A DNA stretch of 62,846 nt, counting the filler, from Choristocarpus tenellus KU-1152 (lineage: Eukaryota > Protista > Phaeophyceae): the NCBI GenBank assembly GCA_964200185.2. It is 13 parts of 13 records of this genome, joined end to end, with 100 filler letters (N's around TTAATTAATTAA, not from the genome) between each part and the next. Parts side by side here need not be neighbours in the genome. Positions count along the whole stretch, not along the records: positions 35,710 to 40,744 come from CAXNAD020012099.1; positions 40,845 to 44,195 come from CAXNAD020020613.1; positions 44,296 to 47,920 come from CAXNAD020018881.1; positions 48,021 to 56,592 come from CAXNAD020004574.1; 9 more parts are not named here. One strand, 5' to 3'. The notes below the pieces were generated by a model, which had not been told where the DNA came from, ran no database searches, and worked only from the letters and a program-made list of their open reading frames with translations. Below, piece by piece: positions 37,956-48,331 of the stretch. Within the stretch, counting starts at the first letter, position 1. Each line of letters starts with the position of its first letter. The position numbers were made by a program, and so were the translations under genes.

Positions 37956-40744
37956 ATGGGAAAAGGGGGTCTGCAGCACAGGGGTCTGTTCCGTATGTAT
38001 AATGACAGGAAAGCGAGAAAGGTATATGTACATGGTGGGGCTGATATTCGTGATGGGGATGGGTGTAGGTGGTTTGGCGAGGAGTTGGAAGCAATGGGGA
38101 ACCTACATGAGAAAGGATTTATTGAGAGAGGAGGAGTAGTACATGAACTGACATTGAAAAATAACTGTATACACAGGGCAAGGGAACCAACAGCAACGGG
38201 CTCAGTACAGAATATAGAATGCCGCGAAAAAAAGAATGGTACAATTTGAGTGGTTGGGTTAGGAATGGGTATTACGAGGGTTGTGGTCGCCCTCCTGAGA
38301 CACAATTTTCTGTCTCACGCTTACCTCACCTCGACTGCATTTTGTGCCACCGCTGTCGACGTCGCCTCACAGCAAGCGGATAGGATGGAAGACGACGGTG
38401 CAGATCAGGGTGGTGACTTCAACATTTGGTAGGTCTGTCCAAAATCTGGAGATTTTGAGTAGTCATAATAGGTTCACACCTGCTATATTTTTTTGTGGGA
38501 AAAGGCTTGAGCGCCTTGCCTTCAGGAAATGTCCATATGGGTAGATGGCGTGTACTCCAACAAATAATACCACCTCGAAGCTTAGCGTATAGAAGATGCC
38601 CTCGGAATCCGTTGACGCTCTCCAATACCGGTCAGGATCTCAACATTTAATGCTGTGTCGTATTGCCTAGTCCGTGTATGAAGGCGGGGTTGGACTTGCA
38701 ATGAAGTCCTACAGCAATCTCCTCGATTTCAAGCCACGAATGGTACGTACTACGAGACAATTCTCGCTCACACGAAGAAGCTTTTCTTCTGACGAATTTG
38801 CGCCGGGGTACATGGCTTTTTCAGGTATGGCCCACGCAAGAAAAGGCGAGGAATGGACCCGGCCCCATCACGCTGTTTCCCAAGTAGGGACGCTGGTGTG
38901 ACCCGCGGCAGCGAGGCTCTGGTTCGTGATTTTTGTATCTTCTTTGCAAGGGGCTCTTGTGCGAGGGGTAAGGATTGTAACCCCCAGTCTTTCCATGCAC
39001 TTGAACACACACATGGCTAGACCACAGAACACTTCCTATGCGTTTGAATGTTTAAACGCAAGGCTTTGCACCTCATGACTCTCAGGTCAGTAAAAAGATA
39101 CGTTTTGCAATGCACTCAGTGGAGGAAACGCACGGGCAACCGTTTCCCATGGCTACCCAAGAAAATTGTAGGAGTGTGTTACGTCCTTTTGATACAGTAC
39201 GCACTTCATGTATGGAGATGTCTGTCCGGTGGACATGAGAACTTCTTGTTCTCGAACGTTTACAAGGCTGCCAAATATGCTCTTGCAGCAGAAAATCCAC
39301 TGTCCCACTGCTCGGTCTTCTCCTTAGTCAGGTTCAAACATCTGAACAGTAGTGTAAGTGGGCACACTTTGAGACCCCAATATCTGAAATGGCTCCCCTA
39401 ATACTGTAGAAATATAGTCATAGCTATGCACGGAATACCTGAAGAACAGAGGCTTTGCACTAACATTTCCCAATCTAGAAGTGCGCTTGGGATGTCTGTC
39501 CTTCCGATGCCATATTTGGCTTACAATGCTTCAATAAATTTTATATGAGCTATGCATGCGTCGAACACATCAGGATACGACTGCCACAAGCTCCACTTCA
39601 TACCCACGGGGGAGGATGATGCCTTGCAGGACAACGCAACTGACTGCTTTGGCAGGCAGAGGACGGCCAGCCACGAGGATGACGATAGAGACGGGGTGGG
39701 TTGCTTGCTCAAGGAGAACAGGACTCTCTGGGTCGGTGGGATTACTGTGGGTGATGAGGCTGCAGTTAGAGAGCAGCTTCAGAAGAATTTCAGTGCCTGG
39801 GGAGACATTTCGTCGATCCGTATTATCAAGAACAAGGTGTGGTGGATGATGATGATCTATTGGGGGAGTAATTCAGTACGTTGGTTTTCAGATGTCTCTT
39901 CTGACGGATGTGAATGATATCTTCCCCCCTCCAACAACAACAACATGTGTGGTTTCCTTGCCCTCTCTTGGTAACCAAGTCATTTTTTTTATCCCTCGCC
40001 CCCAAAATTGCGGATTCTGAGCCTGTTATCAGTCAGTCGATGTATGGGCCAATGTTGAATTGTAGCATTGATTGGTTTGTGTGTGTGTGTCCATTGCCGT
40101 AGCCAACATTCAGAACAGTTTTTCCCGATCCACGTTAAGTCTCTCTCTCCCATAGCCCCAAGCCTGCAGTAGACTACATGCCCTTACCATTGAATGGCAA
40201 CATTCTTACATTATCCCCCACCTCATAAAGGGGGGAGCTATGATTTAGACATTCGACATCCAGCATTGAATACACCCAGCTGGGATTTCCTGGTAACCAC
40301 CATTTCCCCCCCTGCCCCTTCCCCCTACTCCCACTTCAGTCATGTGGGTTTGTCCAGTATGCATTCCGAGCCAACTCAGAGTTTGCAAAGGAGGCGATGG
40401 GAAACCAGTACCTCCTCAGAGACGGAGAGTCCAATGAACTGTGTTACAGAGAGCACTCCAGTAAAGGAGGAGAACAAACATGCAGGGGCCCAAGAAGGTC
40501 TTCAAGTGGTGTACCAAGGACAGGCAGGGGGGAGAGTGTTACAGGAAGGCGTGTGTTACATGTGCGGTGGGCAAGCGAAGACCCTAACCCTAGGGCAGTT
40601 CAGCAGGTGTTGTCTGCCCATGCGCAGACTCTCTTGGCTGCTCAGGTATCCACAGGGTCTCTTCCAGCAGATGCAGTGGGAGACCTTCCTGGGGCAGACA
40701 GGGCGTTGCTGAAGAAGGCTCGACTTGATCCGAACAAGCCGGTT
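37956..40744 (+). CDS. CWC2: Pre-mRNA splicing factor CWC2 (CCCH zinc finger + RRM); exons 37956-38021, 38373-38428, 38825-38967, 39574-39836, 40340-contig end
   Basis: Spliced peptide has RKARKQ...FNIWY...AGVTRG...FCIFFARGSCARGYDCHKLHFIP...DCFGRQR...NRTLWVGGI...CGFVQYAFRANSEFAKEAMGNQ...VRWASEDPNP, colinear with yeast Cwc2 motifs. All junctions are in phase. Confidence 0.93.
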
Positions 40745-40844
40745 NNNNNNNNNNNNNNNNNNNNNNNNNNNNNNNNNNNNNNNNNNNNTTAATTAATTAA
40801 NNNNNNNNNNNNNNNNNNNNNNNNNNNNNNNNNNNNNNNNNNNN

Positions 40845-40913
40845 CAAATATCGCGACATGAAAAAATTGACCCCAAATGGACAGCCGCCACCCCCTCCCA
40901 GGTATTTTGAGCC
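40845..40913. mobile_element. MITE family B, partial at contig start
   Basis: atcgcgacatgaaaaaattgaccccaaatggacagccgccaccccc...ttttgagcc. Confidence 0.85.
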
Positions 40914-41364
40914 ACCTGGATGTAATACAATCAGATATAAAAACATCCCCAGAAACATTTCTCAGCCAAGGTGACAAGCCTTTCCACAGAGCATGCATTA
41001 CTTCATTTGAGCGTCTCAATGAATACCCACACTTCCACATCAACCAACGTCTCATTGAACAAAACATGTTGTCAGTTCCACCAGAACAAACTTACCGGTG
41101 CTTTGTTGCACGATGACACCCTTTGCCAAAGCTAGCCACAGCACAACCAAGCATGACAATTACGAACCCAGGTTTTAACAAGGACAAGCAGGGCTAGAAC
41201 AATCCAAACTCTGAGCAATCTCTCCCCACCCATCCATCCTTTGGATTGCTCACGACCGACTGAGATGCTGGGGAGCAGGGGAGGAGGTCAAGTTTGGGTA
41301 GGGTAGATGTCTTCTAGTTCAAAGGCACAGTATTGAATGGATGATGAAGGGGTATTCTTGGGGG

Positions 41365-41600
41365 ATTGTGGAGTGGTGTTGAGTGGTGTTGAATGATGGG
41401 GAGTGGAAAGTGGTGAAAAGGGTCATGGGGTTGAGTGGTTTTGAATGGTGTGGTAAAGTAGAGAATGGGGTTGAGGGGGGTTGAATATGTAGTGAATCGG
41501 AAAGAGGTGGAAAGTGTTGTGGGGTTGAATAATGTGATGGAGTGGAAACTGTTGTGGGGCGGAGTGGGGTTGAATGGTGGGGTGGAGTGGAAAGTAATGG
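41365..41600. repeat. Degenerate G/T-rich simple repeat (GTGGA / GGGGTTGAATG units)
   Basis: Recurring ggggttgaatg and ggagtggaaa units. Confidence 0.7.
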
Positions 41601-43559
41601 CGACTGGAAATCAGTCGCAAAGGGGGTTCGCACTGGTTGGGTCACAAGTAGTGTTACAATGGAGGGGAATTAGAATGTGTGGAATGCAGACATAGAATAA
41701 ATAGTAATAAGCCAGAATTTATGAGCAAAGCAAAATGTATGATTTACCTACAATAAAAAAAGACCACAAAAAAAATGGAAAAAAAAATTACGTGCATTAA
41801 TTCATGAATGTTGGTTATGGAAGTGTTAGAGGGGAAAAGTCAACAAAAGGATGGAAAAGTCAACATGAAGTAATAGAGGATGGAGGGTTATTTATATATA
41901 TACATTTCTAGTCTATTTGTTCTAAGAATGTCAGAGGGCATAATAATGTCTCTTCGAGTGACCAGTTCCACAGACAATGGGACTGCTCTTCATGCACTTG
42001 TCAAACATTAAAGATTCACACTTTGTTCTGACGTCTTGACTTTTCTGATGTTCCTCTATCACAAGATCCTCAGTCAGTCAGTCTTCACAGTTTTATGCAA
42101 GCAGTCTTGTACTCGTCCAACCTTAACCTCGTTCTCTCGGTTATCGTTCGTCGTGGTCCGTCTGGTCTGTCTTGCCCAGTGCTTCTCTTCACTGCCCTTT
42201 CCTGAGTGAACCAGATGCCAACAAATTCAGAATTTCCTCCTAGCATCACGATATCAATTTTGCAGATGTCTCACTCAGGGCAAAAGCCAATTCAATATCA
42301 TGAGAATTCCTGTAAAAGTACAGTTTTCCAAATGTATTTACTATCTGAGTACCAACTATACTACCACCACTCCCCTGCTAAAGTGGTACCACTAGTTTCG
42401 CCCTCTGTGAAAATTTTGTTTTTTTCACTGTATCACCATAAGAAGTATACACAATATAAATATCCAATGAACGCGTATGACAAGCTTCTGAAGGTTTGTA
42501 CCCATGAATGTCCAGGCTTCGGGGAACGGGAGCTATATCCCGATCAAATAACGGCAAAAACGCGGGGGAACATCTCTGGCGCAATTTGAAAGTCACGACT
42601 TCGAAACAAACAAAAATGAAGTGGTTGGCTGAGCTCCCGGCAAAAACCTGATTCGGGCTAGGCAGCTGCCCAAGTTTGGCGCGTGTGGCAATACCAAGAA
42701 AAAAACAAGATTTGCGGACATCCTTTTATCGCCATTTGCAGACTTTCTGTGAGCACACACACGTGTGACGTGTTAAAGCCCAAATCATCAAGGAGGATAA
42801 AGGTGATAAACCCGGCGAGATTACCTGATGTCTGTAGAGTGATTGATTAAAGTTAAGTGGGGCATGCAGCACCCCATAAAATCAGAAATATTTCCTTTAA
42901 TATGATCATTTCTCTCATACAACTAATCGCTAGTAAAAGGTTCTGATAACTCAATCACTAATCGATTGTTCCTTTACTCCATACATATTTTACCGTAACT
43001 GTCCGATAGAGTTGGAAGAGTCTAGTCGAACAGATCCCCCTCTCTGAAGATGCTCTTCACTCCTCAATTTCCCTGCAAGTCCTTGAGGTCTTGCACTTGT
43101 CCAACCTTTACCTCGTACTCTCGGTTACGGTTCGTCTTGGTCCGTCTGGTCCGTCTTGCCCATTGATTCTCTTCGCCGCCCTTACCTGAGTGAACCACGC
43201 CGCCACAGAATCATACGATTCACAATGCTAATTTTTGTTTTTCTCGATTTTTCCATCTTCTCAACGGTAACACCAACATCACCGAAGAGGTTTGATGGAG
43301 ATTTGTTTGTGGCTATACTTCTTCATCCTATGCTAAATATGCCCCACAACCAAACCAACTCAAGAGGTGGGCAGGTTTGGACTATTTTGAATTTGTAAGT
43401 AATCTTTCTCTTGACTCGTTCAATACACTCTACTTCATTGCTTTATGGACACAATAGTGTATCCAAATGTGATACTCCTCCTTTCCGCACGCAAAGTGAC
43501 ACCACGATTCAATAAAGGCTCTTATTGCAATGGTACAAGACGACATCTTATTGTCACTT

Positions 43560-44175
43560 CTCGAGTTTGTTGAATGACGGCTGGGAAATTACCTGTAAAA
43601 GAAGAACATTCTCCATGAGGAGCATTGTGGTTTCCTGCCCGAACGCTCCACAGTGGAAATTATGTACATTATACATGCACTCCAAGAGCTTGGTTGGGAT
43701 AAGTACATATCTCCTTTCATGTATTTTATTGACCTGCAGTCATGTGACTCCATTGATCGTGATTTCCTGTGAGCTGTGATTGCCACACTTGGAGTGCTTC
43801 AGAAAATTAATTCAATCATCCGCCAATTCCATGATGGAGTGGGTATGTGTTCACATGGATGATCGATAAGTTGGACAGGGCAACCTTTGACAAGGGTGTA
43901 TGTGTTGTTGCTTCCATCCTTTCAACATCTTCTCTGCAGTGTGAGGCGAAGCAGTTGAGGAATTTACCTATGGCTGGCCATCTACAAGGATCTTGCTGTC
44001 ATCAACATAGAACACAGAGACAACTATGTGAGAAGAGGAGGAACAGGGAGTGAAACAATACTTGCGTAGCTCCTGTGGGGCATGCTATATGGTGATGAAC
44101 AATCGTTATTATATCTAAGACTCAAGGAGATTTGGCCAGGATGGTGGTGGTGATTGTGAAGGTAGCCAGACCATT
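43560..44175 (+). mobile_element. RTE-clade LINE reverse-transcriptase fragment, degenerate
   Basis: EEHCGFLPERSTVEIMYIIHALQELG...FIDL...DSIDRDFL...IIRQFHDG; QG...LFNIF; LWGMLYGD. Confidence 0.82.
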
Positions 44176-44526
44176 GGCTCAAAGTATCTGGGGGGNNNNN
44201 NNNNNNNNNNNNNNNNNNNNNNNNNNNNNNNNNNNNNNNTTAATTAATTAANNNNNNNNNNNNNNNNNNNNNNNNNNNNNNNNNNNNNNNNNNNNTATCC
44301 AACAGGAGGTATGGGGTTAGGGCTACCACATGAGACCTGCTACACCCGTAACCCCAACCCTAACCCTGAATGCATGCGCTCACCACAGAAGGAAGGGTAA
44401 GCAAAGATGGGACCATTTCGTTGCCAACGAGCGATCACAGAGCCCCTTCACGTTGAGGTTTGTACCACCTTGCAATGCTTGCCACAAAAACAGAAAGATC
44501 ATCACCTTCAGTAGGGCAATGTACAA

Positions 44527-44565
44527 TAACCCTAACCCTAACCCTAACCCTAACCCTAACCCTAA
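44527..44565 (+). repeat. Interstitial telomere-type repeat (CCCTAA)6
   Basis: Perfect hexamer run. Confidence 0.92.
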
Positions 44566-44796
44566 TCGCCAAGAGGAAAAAAAAAATAAGGAACTCTTCT
44601 GTGATTGAGTTTATCCTGTTCCCACCACCTAGAATGAGCCCACTCTGTTCCGATCTGATTCTACACTGTCAAATCATAAATCAAAGTTACAGAAATTCTT
44701 GGCAATAGCCTTACTAATTCTTCTAAGTACTACATACCAACTATTGCTTCAAGGCACAGCTGAACTCCTTACGGCACAATGAGAACCACATTAAGT

Positions 44797-44828
44797 CTAA
44801 CCCTAACCCTAACCCTAACCCTAACCCT
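44797..44828 (+). repeat. Interstitial telomere-type repeat (CCCTAA)5
   Basis: Perfect hexamer run. Confidence 0.92.
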
Positions 44829-45810
44829 TTCATTAGTATAATCAACCAGCACCACTCTTACAACATTTCCATAGGATTTCATGAGGGAGGGGATGGAGCG
44901 GGTCACATAATGCCTCCACACATTTGCAAGGATTACAACAAAAGAACCACAACACAAGCAGTAGTAATAATAATATACAAGTAGTGCAAAACGTACTGGG
45001 AAGTGAAACAATCGAGAATGGCAAAGAAATCAACATGCTACAGAGAGTGGTGTTGCATCACCTCACCTAATGGGAACTAATTCAAATGGCTTTGTGATTA
45101 ATGCATCAAATTGTGGAGCTGTGGCACAGCTTGGGTGGGCTGGGGTTGGTATCTTCAAGGTCTCACCCAACACCCCTTGGTTTGTACCTTGAACGAATGG
45201 TCCTATTGATCTAGGAGTGGAGGATAGCAAAGAGAAAAGTTAAGTTTATGGATTCTAAGGGCACATTACTCACCCTTGGATTGCTTGGGCTGTATGTGGC
45301 AAGATCAATTTCCTGGCACCTGCGAGACACCAGAGTCCTACACCAACAAAGAATCACCAAAGAGGGCAATGGATTATGCGATTTGGGGCTGGTTAGGTTG
45401 GAATGGCAAGGCTGAGAAAAGATTATCGTACTCTGGCTAAGACCACCCAGCAGCGCCCTACTCGAAGTCAGCTCAATCGAACAGGAAGGAGACATTCGTG
45501 TCAATGGAGCTAGGGGCATGCAACACGGTTGGGAAAGTAGTAGCAAGAGTCCCAGTGTGATCAAACCGGCAATATGTGCTCGTTCTAACCGGGGTCGAAG
45601 GCCACCATAACAGATGCATGTCACTCTCACAAAGAAAGGCTGTTTCCATACATAGTGCTAAGGTTCACCAACTTATAGGTAACAATATACCTATCCTCTA
45701 GCAATTATAGGGGGTATCTTCGACTCATCAAACTTAATAATGGTCTACTCCAGATCTAGCAAAGCTTGCAAGCATAGCCCACTGCCACAATAAAACTCAT
45801 GTCACCCCAC

Positions 45811-46103
45811 CTCCACAGCCACCGCCTCAGATCGCGGGAAGGGTTATCAAGGCCACTCCGCTCCGCAAGCTCATCTTTCTCCATCCCTGAAACTCCTCCT
45901 AGCACAGCAGATTTTGACTCAGGTTGCTGAGTCGGTCTAAGACCAACGAGGTCCCAAAGTCGCTTGAGGTTGCACCCATCCGATCCCTCAATGGCAATTT
46001 CAGAGAGAGCTAATTCCCACAGACGATGTGGATCTGGCAAATCAACGAAGTCTGCATCAACACCTGAACTTTCTCCATTGGGAGAGGCAACTACATCCGC
46101 CAT
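45811..46103 (-). CDS. GTF3C1: First exon of the TFIIIC largest, B-box-binding subunit
   Basis: LWELALSEIAIEGSDGCNLKRLW...RRWLWR matches the conserved N-terminus (LLDEVALEGLDG...LW...FLWR). Donor gtgggg at 45810. Confidence 0.78.
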
Positions 46104-46303
46104 TATGAGTCCCTCAAACCACTTCTAGTTGTTCCTCTATGATCGTAGTTTGAAAACTGGAAATCATTTGGTTAGAGGTGTGTAAGGATAAAACTCGCTG
46201 TCGCGCCCATGCTCGCGATTACTTGTTTGGAAGTTATAAAATAAGGGATGGCGTTATTTGATATGGTTATGTTCGTTATTCTTTTGATCGCTTTGATCAT
46301 GGG

Positions 46304-46432
46304 CATTATGAATATGATTGTGATCATTATGAATATGATTGTGATCATTATGAATATGATTGTGATCATTATGAATATGATTGTGATCATTATGAATATG
46401 ATTGTGATCATTATGAATATGATTATGATCAT
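46304..46432. repeat. 21-bp minisatellite, 6 copies (CATTATGAATATGATTGTGAT)
   Basis: Five identical units and a sixth with one substitution. Confidence 0.95.
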
Positions 46433-47676
46433 CATTTCCTTCACACATGTGGAGAATGTGAGAGGCTATAATAGTAAAATTTATTATCGTGTTTTTGATT
46501 TAATTTCCTCTTCATCTACTACACTATAATATTCCTTGAATTACTGTCAAATGACGTTAAACAGGAAATCTGCGTCCACAAAAATCCCAGATGATTTGTA
46601 AACTAGAAGTTTCGTCCCATCCTCTAGAATAATCTCATAAAATGATATGGGATCTTGATTGTGAGAGGGCAGCAATAGATGTTCGTCTGGTTCATTTTCT
46701 TTGAATTCCTCCGCCATGAACTTCTGAAAACGATTAGTCGTAGTCTGGAATATGTTCTGTCTTCTCCTTGATCAAACCCTATGCCAATCAGAATGATGTG
46801 GTATATGTGTATATACCCATGTGGTGCTCAAAGTACAGGTAATATACTCAGAGTTTCGCTAAAAGTACTGTAAAAGTGCTTTCTCACTTCAAAACGATTG
46901 CCGTCGTCGCCACTGTGAAACAGATGGAAACAAGCCGACAGGTTCTTCGTAATGGAGGGGAGCGAGCGGGAAGACCGACAGAAGGTAAGGAACAGAAGAG
47001 AGGCAAGTCAAAAGGGAGAGCAATCCCTCAGAGGATCACTCGGGAAGGAGTGAACGAGTGGTAAATGAAATGAGGGGGGTTTGGCAAGGTCCCCTCAAAC
47101 CACCCGATCTTACTTCAATTAGATGTCACCTTCAACATGCAAGAACAAATGTCATATGAATATCAGATTCTTCGAGATAGGTTACCTTCAGGGTATACCT
47201 TCTTTGATAGATGGCTCTCACATACACACTCCACTACTCTCTTCCCTACAAATTACCTTTCAAACAGAAACTTGACGAGTTTTGTGTAAAGGAAAATTCG
47301 CTGTGACAACAGGGAAGGAAAGATGGAATTGAAGACAAAGAACACAGATTCTTGGGATGTTTCCCTACCTCCTTACCCACCAATGTAGAATCTAACTTAA
47401 AACCATAGTAATAATACACATATTTCTTTGTAGTGAACAACCTTCAACTAGATAATGTTGTATTGTTAGTTTCCAAATAAAAAAAATTAGAGAGGTGCCT
47501 TAAGATTGACGACAGTTGCTATATTTACAAGTAGTCCTCATGACGTTTGTTTCTTCCCTTACGCACATCTACAAAGTGTGAGAGGGCATAATAATATAAA
47601 AAGGGGCAAATGCATGGGCCTCTACACAACTCCTGGAACCAGCATGCCAGATCCCTCGCATAGAATTTAGACTTAC

Positions 47677-47777
47677 CGCCAGCAGTTCTTTCCAGAGGGA
47701 GGAGGCGGTATCCAACAGGTGCCCAGTGGTTGCATGCAGGAGGCAAAACGTGCACACTAGACATGCTCGTACCTGCC
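47677..47777 (-). CDS. Possible isolated exon
   Basis: Pyrimidine tract plus TAG acceptor and GTAAGT donor; open as VRACLVCTFCLLHATTGHLLDTASSLWKELLA. Confidence 0.3.
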
Positions 47778-48020
47778 CTAAGGCAGGAGGACAGGTCCGT
47801 CAACGCGCACCAATGGCGAAGCGTCTAGGTTAACTCAGCAAAGGAATGGGCATCCTTTCTTTGCACTTTGAGGACGAACCAATTGTTGGTACATTGGGTC
47901 AAAGTATCTGGGGGGTGGGGNNNNNNNNNNNNNNNNNNNNNNNNNNNNNNNNNNNNNNNNNNNNTTAATTAATTAANNNNNNNNNNNNNNNNNNNNNNNN
48001 NNNNNNNNNNNNNNNNNNNN

Positions 48021-48090
48021 CATCAAAATTGCAACATTGGATTTTGGCCCCCAAATGGACATGGCTCTACCCTCTAAGGTACTTTGGCTC
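48021..48090. mobile_element. MITE family A, partial at contig start
   Basis: ...taccctctaaggtactttggctc. Confidence 0.85.
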
Positions 48091-48126
48091 AATTGAGGCT
48101 TTAGTGCATATGATACAACGTAGATG

Positions 48127-48143
48127 TCTCGGTAGGACCTCCA
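48127..48143 (-). promoter_or_regulatory. Retrotransposon primer-binding site complementary to the tRNA-Gln 3' end
   Basis: + strand TCTCGGTAGGACCTCCA matches the eukaryotic tRNA-Gln 3' end including CCA. It directly follows an LTR-like ...CA end on the - strand. Confidence 0.8.
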
Positions 48144-48331
48144 TGTTGCAATACGCTCCAGAAGCCTACCTCCACAGGATGTATAGATCCAATCCCAAAA
48201 CCTTAGAACGGCGGTAAGAAGGGGGCTATTTCCACCGTTGATAACCACGTGCGGGTGTCAGTCACTCTTCTCTCAATGCTTCACTTAGTGCTTAGCTCAA
48301 AGCTTGACTTAATGTTTAATAGAGAAATAAA
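48144..48331 (-). mobile_element. LTR 3' portion (inverted homologue of 48903-49085)
   Basis: About 185-bp reverse-complement match; on the - strand it ends ttgcaaca before the PBS. Confidence 0.72.

Noticed and set aside
44527-44828. True chromosome end
   Set aside because: Runs are only 5-6 units with unique sequence on both sides.
46172-46529. His-rich or hydrophobic repeat proteins; CRISPR-like periodicity
   Set aside because: Pure 21-bp tandem repeat with no spacers; open frames arise by chance.
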